Shown here in pieces: positions 35,545 through 48,446 of a stretch of 64,000 nucleotides of DNA. The stretch is from Octopus vulgaris (Eukaryota): contig OX597816.1 of the NCBI GenBank assembly GCA_951406725.2, positions 166,098,001 to 166,162,000 of the forward strand, read 5' to 3'. The stretch's first letter is position 1. The number at the start of each line of letters is the position of its first letter. Under the pieces are notes generated by a model. It was not told where the DNA came from and did not search any database. It saw only the letters and a program-made list of their open reading frames with translations. The position numbers and the translations under genes are program-made.

Positions 35545-37069
35545 TTAAACCTTTTGTTATTGTATATATTTTGAGATGCTCTGTGTTTCTTCCAATTGAT
35601 TTTAAATATAACAAAGAATTTAGTAAAATAACTTACGAGGGATGTTCAATAAGTAATGCCTCTGACCCAATTGCAGTTGTTTGATCTAGCTGAAATTTTG
35701 CATATGCAATCATTTATATCTCTATAGAGTAAGTGACAAATTACAGCTCTCTGAATTAATTGTGGTTTGTGATTTACAGGTGTTTGAACCGAGTCAAGTG
35801 TGAAATGGAGCCTGTTGAGTGTCGAGCAGTGATCCGGTTTTTGTATTTGAAAGGACGCACACCACGGGAGACTTTTGATGAAATGAAAGTAACTTATGGT
35901 AATGATGCCCCATCATATGACCTTGTAAAACGCTGGCATCGTGAATTCAAACATGGTCGGAACTCTGTGGAAACAGCTCCCAGATCTGGTCGCCCCCTTC
36001 TGCCATTGATGAGGCATCTGTCCGTCAAGTTGAGGCTGCCATTTTGGAAGATCGACGCATAATTATTCGCCAAATAGCCCATGAGGTCAAGATTAGTACC
36101 GGGTCTGTGGAAACTATCACTCATGACCATTTGCATATGCAAAAGGTGTCTGCCAGATGGATTCCCAGGTTGCTCACGCCTTTCCAGAAGCAAGAACGCG
36201 TTGAGTGCTCGAGGGTAAATTTGGAGATGTGCCAAGAAGATGAGTCAAAATTTTTCAAAAGACTGATTACACAGGATGAAACCTGGGTCCATCACGATGA
36301 TCTAGAGACCAAAGCCCAGTCAATGCAATGGAAGCACCGTGACTCACCCCCTCCAAAGAAGGCAAGGGTGCAGCCCTCCGCTGGCAAGGTCATGCTCACA
36401 GTCTTCTGGGACCAGGACGGAGTAGTGATGACAGATTTCCTGGCAAAGGGTACCACAATTGCAGGAGCCTATTATGCTTCACTTTTGAGGAAATTAAGAG
36501 AAGTTATCAAAATCAAGAGGCGGGGCAAGATCAGCAAAGGCATCCTCCTCCTGCAGGATAACGCTCCGGTCCACAACTCACTTGTCACCAGATCAGAAGC
36601 ACAGGCGTATGGCTATGAACTTCTCCCCATCCCCCCTACTTTTCTGACCTTGCACCCTCTGATTTTCACCTCTTCCCAATCATGAAGTTGTTTTTGAAAG
36701 GAAAGCGTTTCCCAGATGATGCAGCCTTGATTTCTGAAGTCACGTTGAGGTTGGAGGACCAACCTGGGTTCTTCTACAAAGACGGTCTCCAGAGCCGCAT
36801 CAAACGATGGGAGAAATGCGTAACTCTGGGTGGTTCCTATGTAGAAAAAGACTAATAACTGTGCCAAGTTTCGTTGCTCTACTGCTATGGGAAGTGGGTC
36901 AGGGGCATTACTTATTGAACGCCCCTCGTAGGTATCATTAAGCTAGTGTTAGGAACATAAATTGTGACTAAGATTTGGTGGAAGATTTTAATTCAAAACT
37001 TATGGAAGCAAAACATTTGTACTACAGAGACAGAGGTGGTTTCAGCCAGGCTGGTATCAAAAGAGTTAA
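35545..37069. mobile_element. TTAA-flanked piggyBac-like MITE, split by a mariner
   Basis: Both halves match the intact copy at 37082-37312. Confidence 0.8.
35636..36928 (+). mobile_element. Full-length mariner (1293 bp, irritans-like) with frameshifted transposase ~35805-36855
   Basis: TIRs CGAGGGATGTTCAATAAGTAATGCCTCTGACCCA / TGGGTCAGGGGCATTACTTATTGAACGCCCCTCG, TA TSD. Motifs PRSGRP, WIPRLL, ITQDETWVHH, GKVMLTVFWD, QDNAPVH. Confidence 0.95.
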
Positions 37070-37081
37070 ATTAATAATTTG

Positions 37082-37312
37082 TTAACCCTTTTGTTACCGT
37101 ATTTCTGTTGAGGTGCTCTGTGTTTCTTTCAATTAATTTTAAATATAACAAAAAAAAATGGTAAAATAACTTAGTTATCATTAAGCTAGTATTAGGAACA
37201 TGAATTGTGACTAAGATCTGGTGGAAGATTTTCATTCACAACTTTTGAAAATAATACATTTGTACTACAGAGCCAGGGATGGTTTCAGCTGGTTTGGTAT
37301 CAAAAGGGTTAA
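37082..37312. mobile_element. piggyBac-like MITE (intact)
   Basis: TTAA-CCCTTTTGTTACC...GGTATCAAAAGGG-TTAA. A third, inverted diverged copy lies at 39373-39604. Confidence 0.85.
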
Positions 37313-37384
37313 TTATTCATGATATTATCACACTAGGAAATCCTTTGTATGGTCCTAGAGAAACATCCATGAAAAAAATTTTGC

Positions 37385-37797
37385 CTTTTTCCACCTCATC
37401 TAGATGCAAGCATGGCTGCGTGGTAAGAAGCTTGCTTCCCAACTACATGGTTCCAAGTTCAGTCCCACTACATGGCAGCTTGGTCAAGTGTCTTCTGTTA
37501 AAGCCTTGGGCCAACCAAAGCCTTGTGAGAGGGTTTGGTAGATGGAAACTGAAAGAAGCTTGTCATATATATATCCTTTTCTTTTATTCCTCTCTTTTAT
37601 TTGTTTCAGTCATTTGATTGTAGCCATGCTGGAGCACCGCCTTTAGTAAAACGAATCAATCTCAGCACTTATTCTTTGTAAGGCTAGTTCTTACTTTATT
37701 GGTCTCTTTTGCCGAACTGCTATGTTATAGGTATGTAAACACACCAGCGTCGATTGTCAAGCGAAGATGGGGAAACAAACACAGACACACAAACATA

Positions 37798-37835
<38 letters not shown>

Positions 37836-38000
37836 ACGAGAGGCTTCTTTCAGTTTCTGTCTACCAAATCCACTCATTAGTCTTTGGTCAGCCCAAAGTT
37901 ATAGTAGAAGACACTTGCCCAAGGTGCCACACAGTGGGACTGAACCTGGAACCATGTGGTTGGTAAGCAAGTTATTTACCACACCCCCACTCCTGCAGCT
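37385..38000. mobile_element. SINE family C head (+) abutting a SINE C copy (-)
   Basis: Head at 37385-37565 on plus; reverse-complement copy at 37590-37998. Confidence 0.8.
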
Positions 38001-38009
38001 ATTCATATA

Positions 38010-38457
38010 TAGACCCAGCAAGCCAAATGAGACCATAACCTGTGGCCTATGCCAGGAGTGTAACCCGCCCGCTTATGTGTGCCTTTTCCTTCTTTGGTCA
38101 CTAAACTCTGCTTGAGGCAAGTGAAATCAAAATCAAAATCAAAAATTTGATGACTGGCATCCGTGCTAGTGGGGTGCAAAGAGCACCATTCAACCATGAT
38201 CGTTACCAACGTCGCCTTACTGGCACCTGTCCCAGTGGCATGTGTAAAAAGATTCGAGTGAGGTCGTTGTGAGTACCGCCTGACTGGCCCCCATGCCGGT
38301 GACACGTAAAAGCACCCACTACACTCTCGGAGTGGTTGGCGGTAGAAACTCTGCTAGATCAAGATTGGAGCCTGGTGCAGCCATCTGGTTCGCCAGCCCT
38401 CAGTCAAAACGTCCAACCCATGCTTGCATGGAAAGCAGACATTAAACGATGATGATG

Positions 38458-38458
<1 letters not shown>
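38010..38458 (+). mobile_element. RTE LINE 3' UTR with hairpin units and (GAT)n tail
   Basis: GTGACACGTAAAAGCACCCACTACAC..CCATGCTTGCATGGAAAGC..GATGATGAT. Confidence 0.8.
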
Positions 38459-38491
<33 letters not shown>

Positions 38492-39853
38492 ATACCTATA
38501 TTTGTGTGTCTTTGTGTCTATGTCTGTCCCCCAACACTGCTTCACAACTGGTGTTGGTGTGTTTACATACCTGTAACTTAGCAGTTCAACAAAAGAGTCC
38601 AATAGAATAAGTACCGGGCTTTCAAAGGAAAATACGAGTACTGGTACCAATTCTATTGACTGTAAATTCTTCAAGGTAGTGCCCCAGCATGGCTGCAGTC
38701 TAATGACTGGAACAAGTAGAAGAAGTGATCAAGAATACAATATTCTCCCTGAACGGGACACCAATCTATTGCACATTGACAGCTGAGTGGACTGTGGCCA
38801 TGTGAAATGAAGTGTTTTGCTGAAAAACACAATGTACCATCTGGTCTGGGAATTGAAATCACAGTCTTGGAATCTTGAGTGTAAAACCCCAGCCACTAGG
38901 TCATATGCCTTCACACATTAATCAGAACTTTCTTCTAATTTATCAGAGAACTCAATTTTTTATTCTCGTCCTTGTGTGATTTGACATTTAATAGTTTTGA
39001 TCTTTGGATACCATTGTTATCCTGATATTTCAAAAACATACTTTATCATTTCACTATGTGTGATTTCGCATCTAAGAAATGGTGCAGAATAAATACATGA
39101 AGAAAGCATCTTTTTATTTTGGTTTCTGGCAATTATGGATGAGTTGGTTTCAAGAATGGAAACTGTTGTAAAGTGGGTTCCTCCCACTGGTGTGATGTGT
39201 GACTGCCATTGTACCGTAGTTGCCATAGAAGCATCCTTAATGTGATTTTGTAAGAGGTTTGTTGCCTCAAAATGTTTTATAAAAGAACAATGTGCTGCCA
39301 CACCTTCTGTTGTTTCATCTGCAAAGCATACACCGTTTGTTTTTAATAAAAAGATAGTAATATCTGCCAGGCTTATTCCTTCTGATACCATCATGTTCAA
39401 AACTGCCTTTGTTTCTATTGTACAAATTCCTTGTTTTAAATAGATCTAAAGTAAAAACTTCCACCAAAGTTTCAAGTAAACTTGTGTTCCAAACAATACC
39501 TTAATAACAACAAAGTTATTTTACTAAATTATTTATTATTTAATTGAAATTAATTGAAACAAAGACAGTGTATTTAAACAGGAACATGGTAAGAAAAGGG
39601 TTAACACACACCAGTATCCCAGACTATTATATCTAAATGATTAAATGTTCCTCTTCACCGCAGTCTATCATTTAGAAAGGTTATGTAGCAAAAGGGAACG
39701 ACTTTCTTCTTTCATGTGAAACACCTACTGATTTTGCCACCATCGCCACTATCATGTCAAACAAAGAAGGAGGTGTATACAGGTGTATACAGCAATCAGC
39801 GGGCATTGCTGTTGTCCTCATTTTTCACCATTTCATTTGTCATTCATATCATA

Positions 39854-40225
39854 ATCCGAATCGTGGCCGATGCCAGCGCTGCCTCGACTGGCTTCCGTGT
39901 CGGTGGCACGTAAAAAGCACCATCCGAATCGTGGCCGAAGCCAGTGCCGCCTCGACTGGCTTCCGTGCAGGTGGCACGTAAAATGCACCAATCCGACCGT
40001 GGCCGATGCCAGCCACGCCTGGCACCAGTGCAGGTGGCACGTAAAAAGCACCCACTACACTCACGGAGTGGTTGGCATTAGGAAGGGCATCCAGCTGTAG
40101 AAACATTGCCAGATAAGACCGGAGCCTGGTGCAGCCTTCTGGCTTCCCAGATCCCCGGTCGAACCGTCCAACCCATGCTAGCATGGAGAACGGACGTTAA
40201 ACGATGATGATGATCATCATCATCA
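39854..40225 (+). mobile_element. RTE LINE 3' UTR with three ~65-bp units
   Basis: ATCCGA..GTGGCCGA.GCCAG..CTGGC..GGTGGCACGTAAAA.GCACC repeated three times. Confidence 0.85.
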
Positions 40226-40669
40226 TTATGTGTGTGTCCAACCCGCAGCTTCCTTTCTGTGTAAGGCCTTTGTGGCCAATTAAATGAATAAAAGAAGCTT
40301 GCTTCCCAACTACATGGTTCTGAGTTCAGTCCCACTACATAGCAGCCGGGTCAAGTGTCTTCTGTAAAAGCCTTGGCCCAACCAAAGCCTTGTGAGAGGG
40401 TTTGGTAGACGGAAACTGAAAGAAGCCCATCGTATATATATATATTCTTTTCTTTTATAGAAACATCCACCTTGCCAAATCAAACTGGAATCTGGTACAG
40501 CCCACCTGGATTACCAGTTTTCAGTCAAAATGTCCAACCATTGCCAGCATGGAAAGCAGACGTTAAATTTTGATGATGATGATGATCATCATCATCATCA
40601 TCATCATACATGAGATAGTGAATGTGATAGTTAAATGTCTTCATTTTTTTTTGGTATCTTTTTTTTTTT

Positions 40670-40905
40670 TCTTTTATTTGTTTCAGTCATTAAAGTGCAG
40701 CCATGCTGGAGCACCACCTTGAGGAATTTTTAATTTGACTGAATCAACCCCATTACTTTTTTTTTTTTAAGCCTGGTACTTATTCCATCAGTCTCTTTTG
40801 CTGAACCGCTAAGTGAAGGGGACGTAAACACATCAACACCATCATCAAGTGGTGGTGGTGGTGGTGGTGGAGACAAACACAAAGACACACACACATATAG
40901 ATACA

Positions 40906-40960
<55 letters not shown>

Positions 40961-41120
40961 TAGGCTTCTTTTAGATCCCATCAACCAAATCCACTGATAA
41001 GGATTTGATCAGCCCAAGGCTATAGTAGTAGACACTTGCCCTAAGTGCCACACAGTGGGACTGAACCCAGAACCATGTGGTCGAGAAGCCAACTTCATAC
41101 CACACAGCCATGCCTGCATA
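40670..41120 (-). mobile_element. SINE family C
   Basis: Reverse complement of head and tail, with internal (CA)/(TG) repeats. Confidence 0.8.
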
Positions 41121-41280
41121 TAATACAATATAGTTATCTAATGTCATATAATATAATATAAAACTTCAACATACATAATTTATTCTTTATTAGATATGAT
41201 GAATAGTAAAATATAATGAAGTATGTATTTTATTACATATTGTAATTAATAAAGGATATAGCAATAATATAATATGTGGA

Positions 41281-41291
41281 TGATGATGATG

Positions 41292-41327
<36 letters not shown>

Positions 41328-41729
41328 GCACTTTCAATATATTGAAAATAATAGCATCTCAACAAACCACAGCAGATATCCAAGGCACACAGAGCTGCGC
41401 TCAGTAGTGCAGTGAAAGTATGTTATAAAAATAAGACTATTGAATAATAACAATAATAATAACAATAACAAATAAATGCCCTGATGTAGCACCAGGCAGT
41501 GACTCTCATGATCTTAACTGACAGGAAATGTTATCAGGTACATTGTTTTGTTTTGGTATAAAAGATGGGCTACAGCAAATATTCTACTCAATACCACAGA
41601 TTTGCTGGTCAGTTGTTTGACCATAACTAGTTGAGTGTGTCTCTTGGTGATTGATGATATGTGTATCTCTGATCATGAGCAGAAGTGTCACTTTGATGGC
41701 ATGCACTGCTCTCTCACTCAATAATAATG

Positions 41730-41802
<73 letters not shown>
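41281..41802 (+). mobile_element. (TAA)n array carrying two short retroelement 3' ends
   Basis: 41325-41445 and 41475-41720 are each bounded by TAA repeats. The second ends like the element at 15222. Confidence 0.6.
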
Positions 41803-41804
<2 letters not shown>

Positions 41805-42300
41805 GATAGTTTGAAATTATAAGTATGTTTTCCTTACTTGCTGAGTGTAGGTGAAAAGGGCATGGCTTTAACATCTTGGGGCCTTTAATATTTCATTTAA
41901 TCTGTCACAGGAAAGACATCATCATCCTCATAATGATCACCATCATCATCATCATTGTAATAATCATCATCATCATCAATGTCATCATTGCCATCAGCAA
42001 TTTTCAATGCCCACAAGCGTCAGATGGAATCTGTCGAGGTAGATTTTCTACACAATGTCTTGACAAAGGGACACACAAACTTACACACATGCATGAGGAT
42101 GTGTGGCTCAGCAGCTAAGGGTATTTGGCTCACAATTGTATGGCTGTGTGTTCGATACTTGGGCACACATTGTGTTCTTGAACAAGGTACTTTATTTCAT
42201 GTTGCTCCAGTCCACTCAGCTGGCAAAAATGAGTAGTGCTTCTATTTCAAAGATCCAGCTTTGTCACATTCCGTGTCATGCTGAATCTCCCTACAAACTA

Positions 42301-43730
42301 TTCAGTTATCCCCTAAATAATGTGGGGGGTTTTTTTATACTTCCCTTATTTTAAAAAATTCAAATAAAGTTCTTTTTTAATCTAAAATATACTTCAACAT
42401 ACTCTTCCATCATTCTAGTAGACTTGCAAAGCCCCTCTTCCAAAATTCACTTGTCCGTGATGAAAAAGACTCCTCCAGTATTGTTCTGACCTTGTTTACA
42501 GAATTCATATATTTTCTGTCCAAATGATTTTGAAGACTGTGGAATAAATGACAATCAGATGGGGCCATGTCTGGTAAATGTGGTGATTGCGGCATCATTT
42601 CTCATTCAAACTGCTCCAGCCTTTGGAATGTCACCCTCGCTGTATATGGCCAAGCATTATCCTTTCGTCTTGAAACCAAAGGTGACCATTTTTACGTCTT
42701 CAAACCAAAGATGACCATTTTTCTTTTAGTGCTAACTTAAGCCAATCAAGCTGCTTGTAATAGATCTCCTTTGCTATCGTTTGGTTTGGGTTTAAAAGTT
42801 CAAAGTGAACTAAAGCTTTCATATCCCACCAAATAGATAACAACACTTTATGTCGGTGAAGACCTTCTTTAGCCTGGTGTGCCGATGTTTCTCCTTTCCC
42901 TACCCACTGTCTTCAGCGCTTGACATTTTTACAGAAAACCCATTTCTCATCACCAGTCACTATTCAGTCCAAAAAAGGTTCATTAGTGAGACGTGACAGC
43001 AAAGAAGAGCATGCATTCACTCTCTGCATGCGATTAGACTTGGAAAGTTTTTGTGGAACCCATTGACCTAATTTGCTAACTTTTCCAATGGCATGCAGGT
43101 GTTCATGAATGGTTGAATGACCAAATCCAAGCTTCTCTGTTAGTTCCTCAACAGTTACAATTGGATTTTGTCCCATCAGGTTTTGCAGGACGTCCTCATC
43201 GAGCACTACTGTAGTTTCTGGCTTGGAATTTCTGGAACCACTGTTGACACTGGTCTACGCTTATTGTTCAACTCCCATCATCCTCATCGTTTAACGTCCG
43301 CTTTCCATGCTAGCATGGGTTGGACTATTTTGACTGAGGGCTGGTGAACCAGATAGCTGCACCAGGCTCCAATCTTGATCTGGCAGAGTTTCTACAGCTG
43401 GATGCCCTTCCTAACACCAGCCACTCTGAGAGTGTAGTAGGTGCTTTTTACATGCCACCGGCACAGGGGCTGCATTAATATTCCTCATGCTTTCCATTGC
43501 ATTGATGCCTTTATAGAACTGATCAAGCAAAATATGCCGAATACACTCCTTTGTGAGTTTCATTACAGTTTTGAAAAAATAACTGTTAAAATCAAACTGC
43601 ACTCTTCAAAACTTGCACTAAGAATAAGGACAAAATAAAATTACTACCTGCATTTATAGCAAGTTGATGCAAGTAGTTTATCTCATCCCCCTCCAACTTT
43701 TAGCTCATGCAATTGAAAAAAAGTGTGTTT
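42301..43730 (-). mobile_element. Decayed mariner (cecropia-like), interrupted by RTE 3' UTR at 43277-43470
   Basis: IRHILLDQFYKG, HLHAIGKVSKLGQWVPQKL, CSSLLSRLTNEPFLD, PDMAPSDCHLFHSLQNHL, FWKRG. Confidence 0.88.
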
Positions 43731-43799
43731 CTAAAGGAGTTCTGAAATTTCTCTGGAACAAGGGAAATGATATAAGACATGATCAATATTTAACAAGAC

Positions 43800-44450
43800 A
43801 GCAAACTGGCAGAATCGTTAGCACGCCGGGTGAAATGCTTAGCAGTATTTCGTCTGCTGTTATGTTTTGAGTTCAAATTCCGCCGAGGTCAACTTTGCCT
43901 GTCATCCTTTCGGGATTGATTAAATAATTGTCAGTTATGCACTGGGGTCGATGTAATCGACTTAATCCCTTTGTCTATCCTTGTTTGTCCCCTCTGTGGG
44001 CAATAAAGAAATAAGAAATGTTAGCATGCCGGGCAAAATGGTTAGCGGTAGTTTGTCTTCCGTTACGTTCTGAGCTCAAAATCCACCGACTTTGCCTTCC
44101 ATCCTTTTGGGGTCGATTAAATAAGTACCAGTTATGCACTGGGGTCGATGTAATTGACTTAATCCGTTTGTCTGTCCTTGTTTGTTCCCTCTATGTTTAG
44201 CCCCTTGTGGGCAATAAAGAAATAAATATTTAACAAGACTAAGTCAACGAGGTAGCAGAATCATTAACACGCTGGGTAAATTGCTGAACAGCATTTCGTC
44301 TGTCTTTACGCTCTGAGTTCAAATCCCACTGAGGGTGATTTTTATCTTTCATCCTTTCGGGGTCAATAAATTAAGTACCGGTAAAGTACTGAGATCAATG
44401 TAACTGACTCATTTGCTGGCCTTGTGTTAAAATTTGAAACCAATATTTAA
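43800..44450 (+). mobile_element. Three tandem SINE family A copies
   Basis: Heads at ~43805, ~44016 and ~44250. Confidence 0.82.
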
Positions 44451-45229
44451 GTCTTGTTAATGTTATATTGCTATTGCTTAACCCTAGGTCAGTCTGAATA
44501 TGACCAAAGACATTCCAGCAGTAACTTTTTCTTTTTCCTTTTTTTTTTGAGCGCAATAAGGAGTAATTTGAGGGAGATTGGTTTCTATATCTAGCAATCA
44601 TGTAGAGGCTGTCTTGTTGGCTTCATTGGCAAAGTACTGTGGGTGAACAGCAGTTTTACAAAAGATCTTCCTTGAAACAGACAAAATGAAACATTGCCTC
44701 TCACCTTTTGCTTGTTTCAGTTTTTGGACCGTGGCCATGATGGAGTACCACCTTGAAGGGTGCAATCAAACAAACCAACCTCAGTGTTTAGCTTCTTTTT
44801 TTTAGATCTGGTTCTTATTTCATTGGTCTTTTTGCTGAAATTAGCAGTTTAGCAAAAAAGAATGTAAGCAAACCAACACCGGTTATCGAACTGTGACGCA
44901 ACAAACACAAGTACAAAGACACTCACACACAACTACACACATGCATACAAACATACATACGCACACATATATATATAAATTAGAAAACAACCCACCTTTT
45001 ATCAATTCAATAATGAAAAATTAAATTGTACCATTTAGAAAAATTACATCTTATAGAAAGATTAAATATAAGATAAAACATATAACAATGATTAAGTAAT
45101 GTGCAAAATAATAAATAAAACATATATATTTGGTGAAATTTAATTTAGTATTTCTAAATTGAATTTTTCCCTGTAAGTTTGGAATAATATTCCCTCATAT
45201 TATTATTATTATTATTACCATGGCCTTCT

Positions 45230-45745
45230 ACATGGGATGTAGCCAGTCCACTTATGCATACCTTCCCTTCTTGGGACACAAAACTCTACTTGTGAAGACC
45301 TGTTGAGGCAAGTGAGAATCAGAATCGAAATCGATCAATGGAAATTGCAGCTGAGTTACCAGTGCCAGTGGCACGTAAGAGAACCATCCGAACGTGGCCG
45401 TTGCCAGCTCCACCCCGACTGGCCTCGTGCCGGTGGCACGTAAAAAGCACCATCTGTTCGTGGCCGTTGCCAGCCTCGCCTGGCCCCTGTGCCGGTGGCA
45501 CATAAAAAGCACCATCCGATAGTGGCCGTTTGCCAGACTCGTCTGGCACCTGTGCCAGTGGCACGTAAAAAGCACCCACTACACTCATGGAGTGGTTGGC
45601 GTTAGGAAGGGCATCCAGCTGTAGAAACATTGCCAGATCAAACTGGATCTGGTGCAGCCTTCTGGCTTCCCAGACCCCAGTTGAACTGTCCAACCCATGC
45701 TAGCATGGAAAGTGGACGCTAAACGATGATGATGATGATGATGAT
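45230..45745 (+). mobile_element. RTE LINE 3' UTR with four hairpin units
   Basis: GTGCC(A/G)GTGGCAC.TAA..GCACC at ~45362, ~45428, ~45489 and ~45552; (GAT)n tail. Confidence 0.85.
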
Positions 45746-46466
45746 ATATATATGTATATATGTATATAGTGTCGTTTTCGAAGCCAGTGCCGCCTTCGAT
45801 GCAAATGCCACCTCGATGCCAATGTCGCCTGAATGTTTCCCATGCTGGTGGTACATAAAAAGCACCCACTACACTCTCAGAGTGGTTGGTGTTAGGAAGG
45901 GCATCAAGCTGTAGAAACCTTGCCAGATCAGATTGGAGCCTGGTGAAGCCTTCTGGCTTGCCAGTCCTCAGTCAAACCGTCCAACCCATGCCAGCATGGA
46001 AAGCAGGTGTTAAATGACAATGATGTTGATGATAATGATGGACTTCCATATAGTTTCCATCTACCAAATTCAGAAGCATTGGTTGACCTGTAGCTATAGT
46101 GGAAAAATTCTTGCTCAAGATGCTATGCTGTGGGACTGAACCCAAAATCCATGTTGCAGTGGCCTAGAGAAGGATGCTAACATCCATGGCACTTTCCAGG
46201 AGTGTCATTAACGGAAGGAGGTCCAAGGGATTATATATAGAATCCTGGTTCAAATGCTTATCACAGAGCAGGTCTATGAAAAGCATCAGAAAGCCAGGTG
46301 ATTTTTGTAAGCCAGAAGGTTTAAAGTCAATAAGCCGTGATTAAAGTCAATAAAGCATGAAATAGGAACAATCCCAACCTCTGCTAGGCTTCAACACAGT
46401 TTTCCATCTGCGAAATTTCACTCACAAGGTTTTGATTGAATCAAAATACTACTAAAATACACATAT

Positions 46467-46840
46467 AGGCACAGGAGTGGTTGTGTGGTAAGAAGCTTGC
46501 TTCCCAACCACATGGTTCCAAGTTCAGTCCCACTGCGTTGGACCTTGAGCAAGTGTCTTCTACTATAGCTTCGGGCTGACCAAAGCCTTGTGAGTGGATT
46601 TGGTAGACGGAAACTGAAAGATGCCTATTGTACATATAATATCTATATTTGACCCTCAACCATCGCTTTGACAACTGATGTTGGTGTGTTTACATTCCAG
46701 TAACTTAGTGGTTCGGCAAAAGCCGCCAATAGAATAAATACTAGGTTTACAAAGAATAAGTTCTGGGGTCGATTTGTTTGACTAAAGGTGGTGCTCTAGC
46801 ATGGCCACAGTCAAATGACTGAAACAGGTAAAAGAGTAAA
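46467..46840 (+). mobile_element. SINE family C
   Basis: Head and tail match; very short internal repeat. Confidence 0.85.
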
Positions 46841-47209
46841 TTCCAAGAGCTGTAAAGAAGGATTGAACACTCAACCATGTTGTTGCTAAGCAAACGTTTT
46901 AACCACACAGCTATGATCTGAGCTGGGAAACGTTACTTAGCAGCAGGTGATCTATGATACAGGAAACCAAGGATTAAAGGCATGTTAGCTGTGTTTGTGT
47001 CTTTCGTGTGTCTAGAGACAGTATCTAAAATCGAGAGCAACCATTTTAAGGCACTAAAGTGTGATGTGAGTGAGATTAGGCTACTATTTCTAATAGGTTG
47101 AAGTGCCTTGTTAAGAAGTCCACAGCAGCTCATAACAGATATTACTGACCAGAGGAAAATATTTTAGAAAAAGACAGGCTTTTAAGCTCATACTGCAACA
47201 TTATATATG

Positions 47210-47395
47210 TTGCTGTGTGGTAAGTAGCTTGCTTACCAACCACATGGTTCCGGGTTCAGTCCCACTGCATGGCACATTGGGCAAGTGTCTTCTACTATAG
47301 CTTCAGTCCGACCAAAAGCCTTGCGAGTGGATTTGGTAGACGGAAACTGAAAGAAGCCCATCGTATATATGTGTATATATATATCTATATATATC

Positions 47396-47470
<75 letters not shown>

Positions 47471-47672
47471 TTGTGTGTCTGTATTTGTCCCCCCAATATG
47501 GCTTGACAACCGTTGCTGGTGTGTTTATGTCTCCGTCATCTAGCGGTTCGGCAAGAGAGGCCAATAGAATAAGTACTAGGCTTACAAAGAATAAGTCCCG
47601 GGGTTGATTTGCTCGACTAAAGGCGGTGCTCCAGCATAGTCACAGTCAAATAACTGAAACAAATAAAAGAAT
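47210..47672 (+). mobile_element. SINE family C
   Basis: Head and tail match; internal (TA)/(TG). Confidence 0.85.
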
Positions 47673-48199
47673 ATATATAATTCGGAATGGTAATTTTTTT
47701 GTTTCTTGCCAGACACACCCGTAGAGCATGTTTATTTGGCAAAAATAAAAAAAAATTAAATAAAATAAAACGCGCGCACACACATTTTGATTTTGTTATC
47801 TTGTTTGCAAGACTGTTGATATGAATTCATGAGTTGAAACAAATGTTGTGTCTTGTATATTATTGGCGCAATGACCCTCCCAAGACAGGATCGTGTGTGT
47901 GTGTGTGTGTGTGTGTGTTATAAAGACAGTTGAACATTGAATTAAAGGATCACCGAATACTTTCCAGTAGAGTATCATATTTATTTATTTATTTTATACA
48001 AAGAAAAGGTTGGCAGTGACTTCGAAGTTACATCTTTAATGATGTTGCTCTTACGAATGTTTTGTAACATTTTTGAAATCATTTCTTTGTTTCTTTCCTT
48101 GTTCATTTTCATTTTTAATTCCAGGATAGTATAATTCCCATAAAAAAAAATTTGCTTTCTATAACGAAGAAATAAATAATAAAAAAAGACCAGCAGTTC

Positions 48200-48446
48200 T
48201 ATTATATCCCGTATTTCCTCCCTTAGCGCCCAAGGGTTGTTGATTCCGCCATTTCCCTTCTTCTGACAACAACAAAAAGCCTTTCTTAGGTTTTGCCAAG
48301 ATTTTCAGAGCCGACTGCTTTCTTTACCGTGTCCAAAATTATTCATATTCTATGAATGATTTAAAAATGCGTTATTAAACGATGCGACGTGAGAAGAGAC
48401 TGATTTCCTGGCCAAGCAACGATCAATATTCCGAATGCTTGTAAGT
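48200..48446 (+). promoter_or_regulatory. Candidate promoter / non-coding first exon of the zinc-finger gene
   Basis: Repeat-free, relatively CpG-rich stretch with CCGCCATTT (YY1-type motif) at 48246 and a donor TT|GTAAGT at 48441. Confidence 0.4.

Noticed and set aside
36044-36685. 213-aa mariner ORF as a domesticated gene
   Set aside because: Frameshifts on both sides remove the N-terminus and the third catalytic Asp region, and TIRs/TSD are intact, so it is an ordinary dead copy.
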